Source: a virus (Duplodnaviria > Caudoviricetes). From it: a stretch of 28,849 bases of DNA. The notes under the pieces are model-generated. The model was not told where the DNA came from, did no database searches, and saw nothing but the letters and a program-made list of their open reading frames with translations. A program made the position numbers and the translations under genes. Positions 16,779 through 25,072 of the stretch are shown here, piece after piece. The DNA is taken from positions 1 to 28,849 of IMG/VR virus record IMGVR_UViG_3300011334_000248, one strand, 5' to 3'. The first letter of the stretch is position 1; every line of letters begins with the position of its first letter.

Positions 16779-17185
16779 CCCCGCATTTCACGCTTGCGGA
16801 ACTAACCCACACTGACCACCGCAGCCTAGACAACACGCCAAACGCTGGCGAACTGGCAAATCTCAAGCGGCTGGCTGAGTTTCTGGAAACTGTCAAAGCT
16901 ACGTTGGGCGGCAAGCCTGTGATGATTAACAGCGCCTTCCGCTCCAAGGCAGTCAACGATGCTGTAGGTAGCAAGGACACCAGCCAGCATCGCCTCGGAT
17001 TAGCCTGTGACTTCCGAGTCCCCGGCATGACTCCTGATGCGGTAGTCCGAACACTTCTAAAAGCTCGTGTTCGCTTTGACCAGCTTATCCGCGAATACGA
17101 CGCCTGGACACATATCAGTATTAGTGATAATCCTCGCGGCCAGGCGCTCATCATTGACAAACTAGGCACTAGAGCTTTTTCTTAA
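16775..17185 (+). CDS. endolysin, peptidase M15A family
   Basis: HFTLAEL, INSAFRS..VN..VG....SQH..G.A.D and WTHIS zinc-binding motifs; GTG start. Confidence 0.85.
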   Translation: MTPHFTLAELTHTDHRSLDNTPNAGELANLKRLAEFLETVKATLGGKPVMINSAFRSKAVNDAVGSKDTSQHRLGLACDFRVPGMTPDAVVRTLLKARVRFDQLIREYDAWTHISISDNPRGQALIIDKLGTRAFS

Positions 17186-17420
17186 TAAACATTCGATACG
17201 CTGCAATGGCGTCTTTTCTATCCCCTTCTAGCTGCTCAATCCTATCCGCCTGTTGTTGTAGCTTTGAGTAAGCGTCCCTGGCGAAGCATTCCAAGTCTTC
17301 TCGACTGAGTTTCTGAAATAAAGGTTTGTTGTTGGAGGAGTACTGATTTGCTGAGGGTGATAGGCTGTTCAAGTGTGCTGAATTTGTGTTGGTTAAAACA
17401 GAGTCGAATTCGTTTGACAT
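17169..17420 (-). CDS. hypothetical coiled-coil protein (start uncertain)
   Basis: C-terminal half (LSREDLECFARDAYSKLQQQADRIEQLE.D.KDAI.AYR) looks like a real phage protein; the 5' part overlaps the Zn-ribbon ORF. Confidence 0.45.
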   Translation of the reverse strand: MSNEFDSVLTNTNSAHLNSLSPSANQYSSNNKPLFQKLSREDLECFARDAYSKLQQQADRIEQLEGDRKDAIAAYRMFIKKKL

Positions 17421-17484
17421 TATTTTCCTTGGTTACGCGAGTTGATTCTACTTCGGAAGGGGCATTACAGGTGGGGCACCTCAT
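17242..17484 (-). CDS. NrdR-like N-terminal Zn-ribbon protein
   Basis: MRCPTC....V.STR.......RIRLC.N.HKFSTLE; ATG at 17484 overlaps the upstream stop. Confidence 0.6.
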   Translation of the reverse strand: MRCPTCNAPSEVESTRVTKENNVKRIRLCFNQHKFSTLEQPITLSKSVLLQQQTFISETQSRRLGMLRQGRLLKATTTGG

Positions 17485-17735
17485 GTGTTTGCCCTTGCTC
17501 GGATGGCGGCGGCGCACCCTTCAAAGTTCAATCCTTCTTGCAGCCGCCCCTCGCACAGCTTCGCGCAAGCCTCACGTTCGGCAGCGGCCCCGGCCTGGTA
17601 ATCCTGAAGAAAATTCTCGGTCACGTAGCCCTGCGTGTCGTCATCATCATCATCGGGCAGATTCAAACTATCAAACATCTGCTGACCCCTATTATAGAAA
17701 TCTTTAGGTTTACCCGTACTGTTATCTTTAGTCAT
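17481..17735 (-). CDS. hypothetical phage protein (EREACAK motif)
   Basis: AAAEREACAKLCE...CAAAIRAR motif common in small phage proteins; poly-Asp run; coupled ends. Confidence 0.65.
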   Translation of the reverse strand: MTKDNSTGKPKDFYNRGQQMFDSLNLPDDDDDDTQGYVTENFLQDYQAGAAAEREACAKLCEGRLQEGLNFEGCAAAIRARANT

Positions 17736-18037
17736 AGCATCCTCACTCTTGTTTTCTTACCACGTTTAGTAAAACACTGAACCCGACCATCCGCAAGCAA
17801 TTCCCAGCCTGCGTTTTCTCCACACATTGCTTGAGCAGCAGCTTCGAAACGTGCCCAGGCTTCGGCGGCTTCTCGAGCATCCCGGGCGGCTGCAGCAGTA
17901 TCCCGAGCCGCCTGTATTTCATCGGGCCAGTCCAGCATATAGCTAGTGCTGAGAATCCCCGCAATAAGGAATACGAGTAGGAGGTTGAGGAAACTGTTGT
18001 ATAGTTCGCGTGGTTTATTGAATGATAATTCGCGCAT
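17732..18037 (-). CDS. hypothetical membrane-anchored protein
   Basis: N-terminal TM (LLLVFLIAGILSTSY) and AAQAMCGENAGW...VQC..KRG C-terminus; tiles between neighbours. Confidence 0.65.
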   Translation of the reverse strand: MRELSFNKPRELYNSFLNLLLVFLIAGILSTSYMLDWPDEIQAARDTAAAARDAREAAEAWARFEAAAQAMCGENAGWELLADGRVQCFTKRGKKTRVRML

Positions 18038-18040
18038 TGT

Positions 18041-19285
18041 TTATCCAAACTTAGTATCAGGTGTAATTGCCGCCTGGGGGATCGAGTGCGTTGCAGGTGA
18101 GGCGGAGGTGGCCTGCAACATAATTCCTGCTGCGGTGCTTACGATACGAAGCTGCCCGGAGTTTATTGCACCGGATAGGATTCCTTCGAAGTCGCGGAAG
18201 TCGGGAAAGTAGATATGGATCATCTTGTAAGCATCGTGGTAGGGGACGGAACCTTTGCGACGGACAAAGTCAATGAAGCGTTCAGCTTGCATAGAGTCTT
18301 CCGTGCGACCGATGCGAGAGAAGACTCGGTGCATATCTTGCTCGAGATCTTCTAGCATTTCGTTGGCGAGTTGAAGGTCTTCGGAGGTGAGGATCAGGGA
18401 GCTGGAGCGGGAGGCAGAAAGCACCATTGCGACCTTGTGCATATGGGTTTGCTTGCGGGCGGCGTAGCCTTCCAGCATCTGATCATCCATACGGGAGGCG
18501 GCGTCCTTCCAGAACCTCTCGTACCAAGCGCGTCCCCACTCCCGAGCTCCGGAGGAGATAGTGTAAGGGCCGGTGAGCATAGCGATGCGCTCGAGGTCTT
18601 CGATGAGGTTAGTTCGCATCTCGACGTCGCCAGCGCCTACTTGCTCGTCGACGTAGGCAACGTAGCGTTCCTTGGTGTCTCCGTAGACAAAGATGCAGCG
18701 GGAGGACAGTCCGCCGCCGATCATAGCTTGGGGCATATTGTCAGCAATCCAGTGCGGGGTAGTGCCAGCTTGCAAGTTGATCCAGGGCGCTTCGATGATA
18801 TCGTTCCCTGACATTTTGGTTATCTTCTCGTAGGTTTTCTTTCCGTCCCAGAGCTCGATGAGTAGGTTTATCATCTCCTTGTCTTGCAGGTTGAGGAGGG
18901 AACCAAGTTCCGAGGCGACCAGGGTGAGCGGCGACATAGGATGCCACTCGGCATTGTACTCGAAGGATTCGGAAGCGGCAGCGAAAGCGGTGACGAGGGC
19001 TTGCCAGGTGATAGCGTTCGGGCCGAACTTGATACCGGGAACTTGGCGAAGCAAGTCTGTCGATATGTCGATGGTGGTGGACTTGGCGATGATGCCGGGC
19101 GGCCCTACGAAAATTATGTAGAATGAAGGATACCAGCAGAATCGCTTCATGTCAATCCAGACTCGGCGGCGCAGGCAACCGGCGACGGTGCCTACAGCGC
19201 TCCAGAAGTGCATACGCTTCGGCGCCTCGGTGACGGAGGCGTACTGGAGATACTGGGGAATCCAGTCAGGATAGTTGCGCGTCAT
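18041..19285 (-). CDS. DUF3987/YfjI-like P-loop protein, putative replicative helicase
   Basis: Walker A-like FVGPPGIIAKSTT, Walker B-like LVASELGSLL, LWDG and GLSSRCIFV; coupled to the polymerase gene. Confidence 0.7.
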   Translation of the reverse strand: MTRNYPDWIPQYLQYASVTEAPKRMHFWSAVGTVAGCLRRRVWIDMKRFCWYPSFYIIFVGPPGIIAKSTTIDISTDLLRQVPGIKFGPNAITWQALVTAFAAASESFEYNAEWHPMSPLTLVASELGSLLNLQDKEMINLLIELWDGKKTYEKITKMSGNDIIEAPWINLQAGTTPHWIADNMPQAMIGGGLSSRCIFVYGDTKERYVAYVDEQVGAGDVEMRTNLIEDLERIAMLTGPYTISSGAREWGRAWYERFWKDAASRMDDQMLEGYAARKQTHMHKVAMVLSASRSSSLILTSEDLQLANEMLEDLEQDMHRVFSRIGRTEDSMQAERFIDFVRRKGSVPYHDAYKMIHIYFPDFRDFEGILSGAINSGQLRIVSTAAGIMLQATSASPATHSIPQAAITPDTKFG

Positions 19286-21744
19286 GCACAGTCTCCCCAG
19301 GAGATGGAAGAAGTCTTAACGCCTGTGGGGATGATCAGCGGCGGGTCGTAGGGGATCTCTATGCGGGAGTGCTTTTCCATGAGGGGCAGGATCGTGGCGG
19401 AGCGGTGCGTAGGGAACTGCCCAGCAAGGGAGTCGTGGACTTGGAGGAGCACTTGGACTTCCGGTATGTTTTCGTAGAAGGAAGTCCAGATGCGATTGAT
19501 AAGGATACCGACAGTGGACTGGGGAACCCAGGCAAGGGCTTCGGGGAGGAGCGCTTCGAGTCGGTCGAAAATGTACCAGCGGTAGCCCCAGCGATTCTCT
19601 ACAAAGCGATGACGATTGATCTGGTCAAAGGTGCGGGTGTGCCACTCTCGGATGCCGGGATGGGCGGAGAACCAGTACTTCTGCGCAACGTCGATTTCGT
19701 GGATCGTGCGGCCAGTGTGGGCGGCGACTGTCTTGGCACCTCCGCCGTAGTTGGTGGCGTGGCAGAAAACCTTGGCGAATTCCCGAGCGTGCTTGAGGGG
19801 AGCGCGATGGTCGCGGTAGCTAGGGTGGGCTTCTACCAGCTCGTCAAGGGGAGGCGGGGACTTCTTGGCCAGGATGTAAGCGTTGCGCAGGTGCATATCT
19901 ACGCCTTGGAGCATGGCGGCTACCCAGTCCGGCTCGGCGGCTTCCCGCACGACTACTTGAAGATCCGCCCGATCCAGATCCATGTCGAAGAAAGTAAAGC
20001 CTGGATCTGGGCCATACATACTGCGGATGTTCGGGAGAGTGAAGTCCATAGATCCCCGAGCTGCGGCCTTGCCGGACGATTTGCTCTTCTCAGAAGGGAT
20101 TGTTTGGAGATTTCCGCCAGATCCGAAGGGGTTCTTGGACGAAGAAAGGCGATAAGAATAAGGCGCAGATTTTCCACCGGCATCTCCAGCTATGTTGAAG
20201 GAACAACGCATCCTGCCATCATCGTCTAGCGGCATCATGACGAAGTCGCCGAGGAACTTGTTAAGGGTACGAATGTCTGCGATGGCGTTGCAGAGGGGCT
20301 TGACAAGGGGTTCCTTGGCGGCGATCTTGCTGAGGGCTTCGTCGTCGCAGGTTGGGTTCATCGTGGTCTTGCCGGCGAGGATGACGCGCTTGTAGATGAC
20401 AGGCTGATTAAGGTCGTCGTAGAAGAGAGTCTGCATTTGCTTGGGGGACGCAGGATTGATTGTATGGCCGAGGACATTGTGGAGGAAGGCTTCGCGGTGG
20501 GAAAGTTCTTCCTGGATATCAAGGGCCATCTGGTTCTTGACTTCATGGCGGATGCGGACTCCACGGAGCATAGCGCGTAGGACAGGGTAGAAGAGCTTTT
20601 GCTGGTGTACGTCAACCTCGGCAAGGTGCATGGATTCGGCGACCTGGGCAAGAATTTCGCCGGACTCGCGGGTGTAGACGCAATCCTGAAGGTTGTAAGT
20701 CCAGCGTTGTTCCTCCGGGACGTCAGAGGCAATCTTCCCTTCGTCTTTCCAGTAGACGTACCAGTCAGCATACATGGAGGCAAGGAAGGCCAGGCCCTTA
20801 GGCAGCGCACAGAAGACACTGTGCTGAGTTATCATCGTGTCCTGGCCGCCATGGGGGATGAAGTGCCAGTGGCGATAGACATACTGTGCATCGTAGAGGC
20901 CGTTCTGCCAGCGTACCTTGACGTTAGGGTGCGTAAGCAAGCGGTAGATTGCGAAGACAATCCGGGACTCTTCGTCGACTGACCAATAGCCTTCGGGCTT
21001 GCCTCGAGCCATCAGGGGAATACACAGGGCGTCTTGGCGCGACCAGCTGAGGCCGATGCAGTCTATATGTCCTCCACGCGTCTCGATATCGAAGTCAATC
21101 CAGACTGTCTCGGCGAACGCAGTTGCGTCAGAGTGCAAGGCCTGTAGGCAGTTAAGTGCTTGCGGGAAAGTTGGGCGGACGAGGAAGTTCCAGACAGGCT
21201 TGTTATCGTAAGTGCGAGAAGTCATGTGGCGCTTGAGGCGACGGAGGTCGGAGAGAACTACTGCGCGCTGGTTCCACTCCCGCATGACTGCGCCCGGGGT
21301 GAGGGTTGGAATTACCTTGATGCCGGCCGGGGTGGAGAGAAGAGACCCGCGCCACTTGAGCACACCCCAGTGACCTGTGAGGGCCCAGAGTGCTAGGTTG
21401 CCCATGGCTAGGATGATGTTTGGCTGAACCATCTCGATTTCAGTGAGGAGCTCTGCATAGCCCTCGTGGATGTGGTAGGTACAGTACTTGTCCTTGAGCA
21501 AGGTGTGATGGGCGGATATGTCTTTCTTTTTCAGAGCAATCCAGGTGGACAGCTGGCCCAAGGGAGGACGCTCCTTGCAGACGTAGGTAGTGTAGCACTC
21601 CGAACGCATCACGCCGACTTCGTGGAGCATACGATTAAGCTCCATGCCGGAGGCTCCGTCGAAGGGCTGGCGGTCACGCTCGGCAGGGAACTCCCCGACG
21701 ATCATCACTCGGGTAGGGATAGGGCCTTCGCCTTTTACTCGCAT
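19282..21744 (-). CDS. polA: family A DNA polymerase with N-terminal uracil-DNA-glycosylase-like domain and 3'-5' exonuclease
   Basis: UDG-like GEG.....MIVGEFP..PFDGASG..L..ML; exonuclease DFDIET, QNGLYD, YNLQD; polymerase motifs DMDLDRAD, REFAKVFCHATNYG, LLQVHDS. Confidence 0.9.
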   Translation of the reverse strand: MRVKGEGPIPTRVMIVGEFPAERDRQPFDGASGMELNRMLHEVGVMRSECYTTYVCKERPPLGQLSTWIALKKKDISAHHTLLKDKYCTYHIHEGYAELLTEIEMVQPNIILAMGNLALWALTGHWGVLKWRGSLLSTPAGIKVIPTLTPGAVMREWNQRAVVLSDLRRLKRHMTSRTYDNKPVWNFLVRPTFPQALNCLQALHSDATAFAETVWIDFDIETRGGHIDCIGLSWSRQDALCIPLMARGKPEGYWSVDEESRIVFAIYRLLTHPNVKVRWQNGLYDAQYVYRHWHFIPHGGQDTMITQHSVFCALPKGLAFLASMYADWYVYWKDEGKIASDVPEEQRWTYNLQDCVYTRESGEILAQVAESMHLAEVDVHQQKLFYPVLRAMLRGVRIRHEVKNQMALDIQEELSHREAFLHNVLGHTINPASPKQMQTLFYDDLNQPVIYKRVILAGKTTMNPTCDDEALSKIAAKEPLVKPLCNAIADIRTLNKFLGDFVMMPLDDDGRMRCSFNIAGDAGGKSAPYSYRLSSSKNPFGSGGNLQTIPSEKSKSSGKAAARGSMDFTLPNIRSMYGPDPGFTFFDMDLDRADLQVVVREAAEPDWVAAMLQGVDMHLRNAYILAKKSPPPLDELVEAHPSYRDHRAPLKHAREFAKVFCHATNYGGGAKTVAAHTGRTIHEIDVAQKYWFSAHPGIREWHTRTFDQINRHRFVENRWGYRWYIFDRLEALLPEALAWVPQSTVGILINRIWTSFYENIPEVQVLLQVHDSLAGQFPTHRSATILPLMEKHSRIEIPYDPPLIIPTGVKTSSISWGDCA

Positions 21745-23081
21745 CAGAGTCCAATCGACAAATCAAGTTCTAGCTGAGCGCGCAAGGCAGTGATCCGCTT
21801 GCAGGCGATGCCGTAGCTAGCCTGATCCATCTCGATGCCAGTTGCCCGAGCTTTCATTGCGTGGGCAGCGGGGAAGACAGGCCCGCTGCCACAAAAGGGG
21901 TCAAGGACAGCTTGGCCAGGAAGGACAGATCGCCGAAGCAGGTCTTCGAAGAGCGCCACCGGCTTCTGCGCGGCGTGGCCGAGATTGCTGTCAGGCGGGT
22001 AGTCGAGAACGTCTCCGAGCATCTTGAGGATCGGCCGCTTACCCTTGACGGCGTAGAGGAGCGTTTCGTACTTACGCTGGGGGCCTTGCTCCGGCCAGGG
22101 TGCGCGCATACCGGACTTCTTGTACCAGATAAGAGGAGTGCGGAAGACGTTCCAGCCGGCCTCGATCATCAGGGATTTGAGCTGAGCGAACTTGTCGAAG
22201 TCGCAGAAACAGTAGAGGTGCGCTTGAGGCTTGGCGATGCGGTAGCCCTCGAAGGCTAGGGCAGTCACACAGCGTATGAAAGTTTCGTAGGTGTCTTCAT
22301 AGCCGTGAGCGCCGGCGGCTAGGCCACCCGAGTCTCCGAACTCATCTGCACCCATGCCGTAGGGAGGATCGGTTAGGATACAATCGAAGCTGTCGGCTGG
22401 GCAATCCTGCATCCAGCTGATTGAGTCCGCGTGGACTGCCTGGTGCATATCGGCAGTGAAGGTCTTGCCGACGGAGGCTCCGAGCTCCCGGTGCTTTATT
22501 GCAGTCTCCTCCTTGCGGAGGATCTTAAAAGCTTCATCGACGGTTTTCGCTGCTTTGACGGCGGGATTGTCCAGGTGACCTGCAACAATAAGCTCCCGGC
22601 GCGTGTTTTCTTGATGGATACCTTCGGAGCTCCCGCGAACCTCAAGCGAGATGTCAGCTGTAGTAGGCGGCGGTGTTCCCCGCTGGACTGCCTGGGCGGT
22701 ACGAAGTGTGTTGAGGCGAGCATGGGCGGCTGCGCGCTCCTGCCATGTAAGGTTTTCACGATGGATGTTCTCGGAGAGTTCAGCTTCCTCCGCCGCCAGG
22801 GGGTCGAGGTCGCTGAGGAGAGTATAGGGAATGCTGTTTGCTCGGACGCGCTCGCCATCGTGCATTATCTCTCCGCCGAGGGCGTATAGGTCTGTGACTG
22901 CCCGGAGGCGACGTTCGCCGGCGACTAGGTAGTAATCGTCGCCGACTACCCGCAGTATGATTGGATGAAGCAGCCCCTGCGTAGCGATCACCTCGCCGAA
23001 TTCGTGTAGTTTTGCTTGATCAAACAGCCTACGCTGGCGATCTGGAGCAATCTTGATTGCGTCAACATGGATGAGTTTCAT
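21744..23081 (-). CDS. ParB/Srx domain fused to an N6A/N4C DNA methyltransferase (beta class order)
   Basis: LLHPIILR, LVAGERRLRA, ENIHRENL; TDPPYG, H.AQKPV.L, VLDPFCGSG. Confidence 0.88.
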   Translation of the reverse strand: MKLIHVDAIKIAPDRQRRLFDQAKLHEFGEVIATQGLLHPIILRVVGDDYYLVAGERRLRAVTDLYALGGEIMHDGERVRANSIPYTLLSDLDPLAAEEAELSENIHRENLTWQERAAAHARLNTLRTAQAVQRGTPPPTTADISLEVRGSSEGIHQENTRRELIVAGHLDNPAVKAAKTVDEAFKILRKEETAIKHRELGASVGKTFTADMHQAVHADSISWMQDCPADSFDCILTDPPYGMGADEFGDSGGLAAGAHGYEDTYETFIRCVTALAFEGYRIAKPQAHLYCFCDFDKFAQLKSLMIEAGWNVFRTPLIWYKKSGMRAPWPEQGPQRKYETLLYAVKGKRPILKMLGDVLDYPPDSNLGHAAQKPVALFEDLLRRSVLPGQAVLDPFCGSGPVFPAAHAMKARATGIEMDQASYGIACKRITALRAQLELDLSIGL

Positions 23082-23090
23082 GAAAGTCCT

Positions 23091-23135
23091 AAAAAGAAGA
23101 AAAAGGGGACGAGCACCGAAGCACTCGCCGCCCTA
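23091..23135 (-). terminator. Rho-independent terminator with cUUCGg loop
   Basis: Minus strand GGGCGGCGAGTGC-TTCG-GTGCTCGTCCCC followed by a T-rich tract, just after the SSB-like gene. Confidence 0.75.
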
Positions 23136-23145
23136 GCTTGGAAGA

Positions 23146-23631
23146 TCAGCTCGGCAGGATAGCGCCTACGCGCTCCTGGATTGCGTCGTTGTAGAGCTCG
23201 TGCTGTACCTTGACGCGGACAGTCTTCCCTTGCAGCTGGCGCCATGCCCACGGCACGCCTGCGACATTGGTTCCGGTGGCCTCGCGGTAGTCTTTCTGCC
23301 GCCGATTCTTGCCCTTGGAATTGTCCAGTGCGCCCTGCGCTGTCAGGTCAAGGAACGCCCGGTCGCTGAGGGTGAGCTCAGGCGGGATACCAAGGCCCTG
23401 AACGGACGGGGGGATCTGCAAACGCAGCGGAATGACCATCGAGACCCAAGGCTTGCCAGCATTATCACCTTTGCTGATTGTGCCAGAGCTGGTGGTGATC
23501 TCGCCGATGACAGCAAGGTAGAGACCATTCTCGTGGTCGGGGTTCTCCGTGGGAAGCGGAGGGCGCTTCTCGTTGACTTCGGTAACTTGCGCGTCGAGAA
23601 ACACGCTGGGATCGAACTGACTTGTACTCAT
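23146..23631 (-). CDS. putative single-stranded DNA-binding protein (DUF669-like)
   Basis: ATG at 23631 after CAGGAG; PLP.....G.Y.A.I and L.GK.VRVKV.HE.Y patterns; downstream of the Sak4-like ATPase. Confidence 0.55.
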   Translation of the reverse strand: MSTSQFDPSVFLDAQVTEVNEKRPPLPTENPDHENGLYLAVIGEITTSSGTISKGDNAGKPWVSMVIPLRLQIPPSVQGLGIPPELTLSDRAFLDLTAQGALDNSKGKNRRQKDYREATGTNVAGVPWAWRQLQGKTVRVKVQHELYNDAIQERVGAILPS

Positions 23632-23691
23632 ATGAGTAACTCCTGTGTGGTTAACTAGGGACACTTGGCGCAGTCCCCTTCTCGCATCTTA

Positions 23692-23871
23692 CTAGAGATA
23701 GGTTGTTTCACGCTTGACTGGCTTGACGATGACTGTGCCAGGGTGAAAGATTGACGGGGCAGCAGCAACGAGCTTGTGGATTTCCGCTATTGTTGCTTGC
23801 TGCGTCCAGCCGGGAGGGATAGCTAGTTGGACTGTAACGGTGATGAGAGAATAAGATTTCTTGCTCATCAT
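23692..23871 (-). CDS. 59-aa hypothetical protein (absent from ORF track)
   Basis: MMSKKSYSLITVTVQLAIPPGWTQQATIAEIHKLVAAAPSIFHPGTVIVKPVKRETTYL; GGAGG RBS; ATGA overlap with the ATPase stop. Confidence 0.65.
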   Translation of the reverse strand: MMSKKSYSLITVTVQLAIPPGWTQQATIAEIHKLVAAAPSIFHPGTVIVKPVKRETTYL

Positions 23872-24746
23872 ACACCTCCGGAGCGCTTAGCCCATACGTC
23901 CATGACCTGGGCAAAGTCAGGGGTGATCTTGCTGCGATAACCGAGGGAGCGCGTCTTGGTGTCGACTCCGTAAGCGGCAGTGTCCCACCAGAACTTATCA
24001 GCTTCTCGCGTGGTATAGATGATATCGCTGAACAGCGTAGGGATCTCGGTTGCTAGGGCCTTGCCGATAGCCTTGATCATAACCTTGGTGGACTGGGTGA
24101 TCGAGTCGGTCTCGCGGTCTACGTGAGCAGTCATGACGAACGGGCACTCCATTCCCTGGGTGCAGAGGCGAAGGAAGTTCATCAGGTTGTTCTGGGCCAC
24201 GCCGTAGTCGCCGGGACTGGCCATTGGGCGGGAGCCGATCTGCATCTTCATAGCGGCGTTGCTGGTCTCGGTGAGGGAGTCCATGACGAAGATCCTGCGG
24301 GAGGAGAATGCGTCGATAGGGCCGAGCTCCTTGCCGGTTCGGTCGTCCTTGAAGTTGCTGCAGGATTGAAGAATCTTCCAGAAAGCATTGTTGTCTCCGC
24401 CGCGATTGCCATCTACGGACTTAGCCAAGGCCTCGTAGGACAGCTTGCCTACGTTGTCGGCGGTAGCCATGAGGGACTTGAGGGATATGGGCCGCGTCCC
24501 TTGCTGGTGCCAAAAGATACAAGCTGGGGGTTCCTTGCCCTTGTCGCGGAAGTAGCCGAGGAGCGTCTCGAGTCCGTTCTCTGTGAAGAGTACCGCAACC
24601 TCGAATCCGTTCTTGTCTGCCCAGTCGCAGAGCGTACCGATGGCGTAGGTCTTGCCTGTCCCGCCTAGCCCCATCAAGCAGATCTTCGGGCCAACAAGCA
24701 CCTGCTTGTCTTTAGTAACCAGCGATGCTGGTGTGATAGTAGTCAT
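23868..24746 (-). CDS. AAA_24 / Sak4-like ATPase (recombination, ssDNA annealing)
   Basis: KICLMGLGGTGKT, FVMDSLT and VMTAHV motifs; sits between a nuclease and an SSB-like gene. Confidence 0.75.
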   Translation of the reverse strand: MTTITPASLVTKDKQVLVGPKICLMGLGGTGKTYAIGTLCDWADKNGFEVAVLFTENGLETLLGYFRDKGKEPPACIFWHQQGTRPISLKSLMATADNVGKLSYEALAKSVDGNRGGDNNAFWKILQSCSNFKDDRTGKELGPIDAFSSRRIFVMDSLTETSNAAMKMQIGSRPMASPGDYGVAQNNLMNFLRLCTQGMECPFVMTAHVDRETDSITQSTKVMIKAIGKALATEIPTLFSDIIYTTREADKFWWDTAAYGVDTKTRSLGYRSKITPDFAQVMDVWAKRSGGV

Positions 24747-25072
24747 AGTAAACTTTCGTAGTAATCCAGATGAATCTCGAATTCCCGCTTGATGAAGTCA
24801 AGGGAGAGCTCGTTAAGGTTGTAGATAAGTTCACCGAGAAGCAGGGAGCCTGGGATGTTCCAGTAATCTTTATGCTTCCTACAAGCAGCTTCGGCGATGC
24901 GGAAGTGCGCTTGGGTTCCATCAAGGTTTTCTAGGACTACCCGCGCCCAGATTTCTCCGCAGCTGGCACAGAAGTACGCGCGAGAAGGCCAACCCCAGCT
25001 GTCCGCTGCTTGGGAAGCATAGCGGAACGTGCCGAGGTAGGTCTCCTCTGCGATGATGTACCCAGCCGGCAC
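24743..25072 (-). CDS. hypothetical Zn-finger protein
   Basis: YFCASCGEIWARV...CRKH; GTG start coupled to upstream stop. Confidence 0.6.
   Translation of the reverse strand: MPAGYIIAEETYLGTFRYASQAADSWGWPSRAYFCASCGEIWARVVLENLDGTQAHFRIAEAACRKHKDYWNIPGSLLLGELIYNLNELSLDFIKREFEIHLDYYESLL

Noticed and set aside
17997-18036. CGCGAAYTATACAA-like motif, also at 28057-28070 in the opposite orientation
   Set aside because: A 13/14 match between two sites is expected by chance in 29 kb, and this copy lies inside a coding region.
19369-20229. 286-aa antisense ORF and other + strand ORFs over the replication arm
   Set aside because: They shadow well-supported minus-strand genes; GC-rich codon bias suppresses antisense stops; no motifs recognised.
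23708-23914. 68-aa track ORF
   Set aside because: A different frame (23692-23871) has a GGAGG RBS and ATGA coupling and is preferred.
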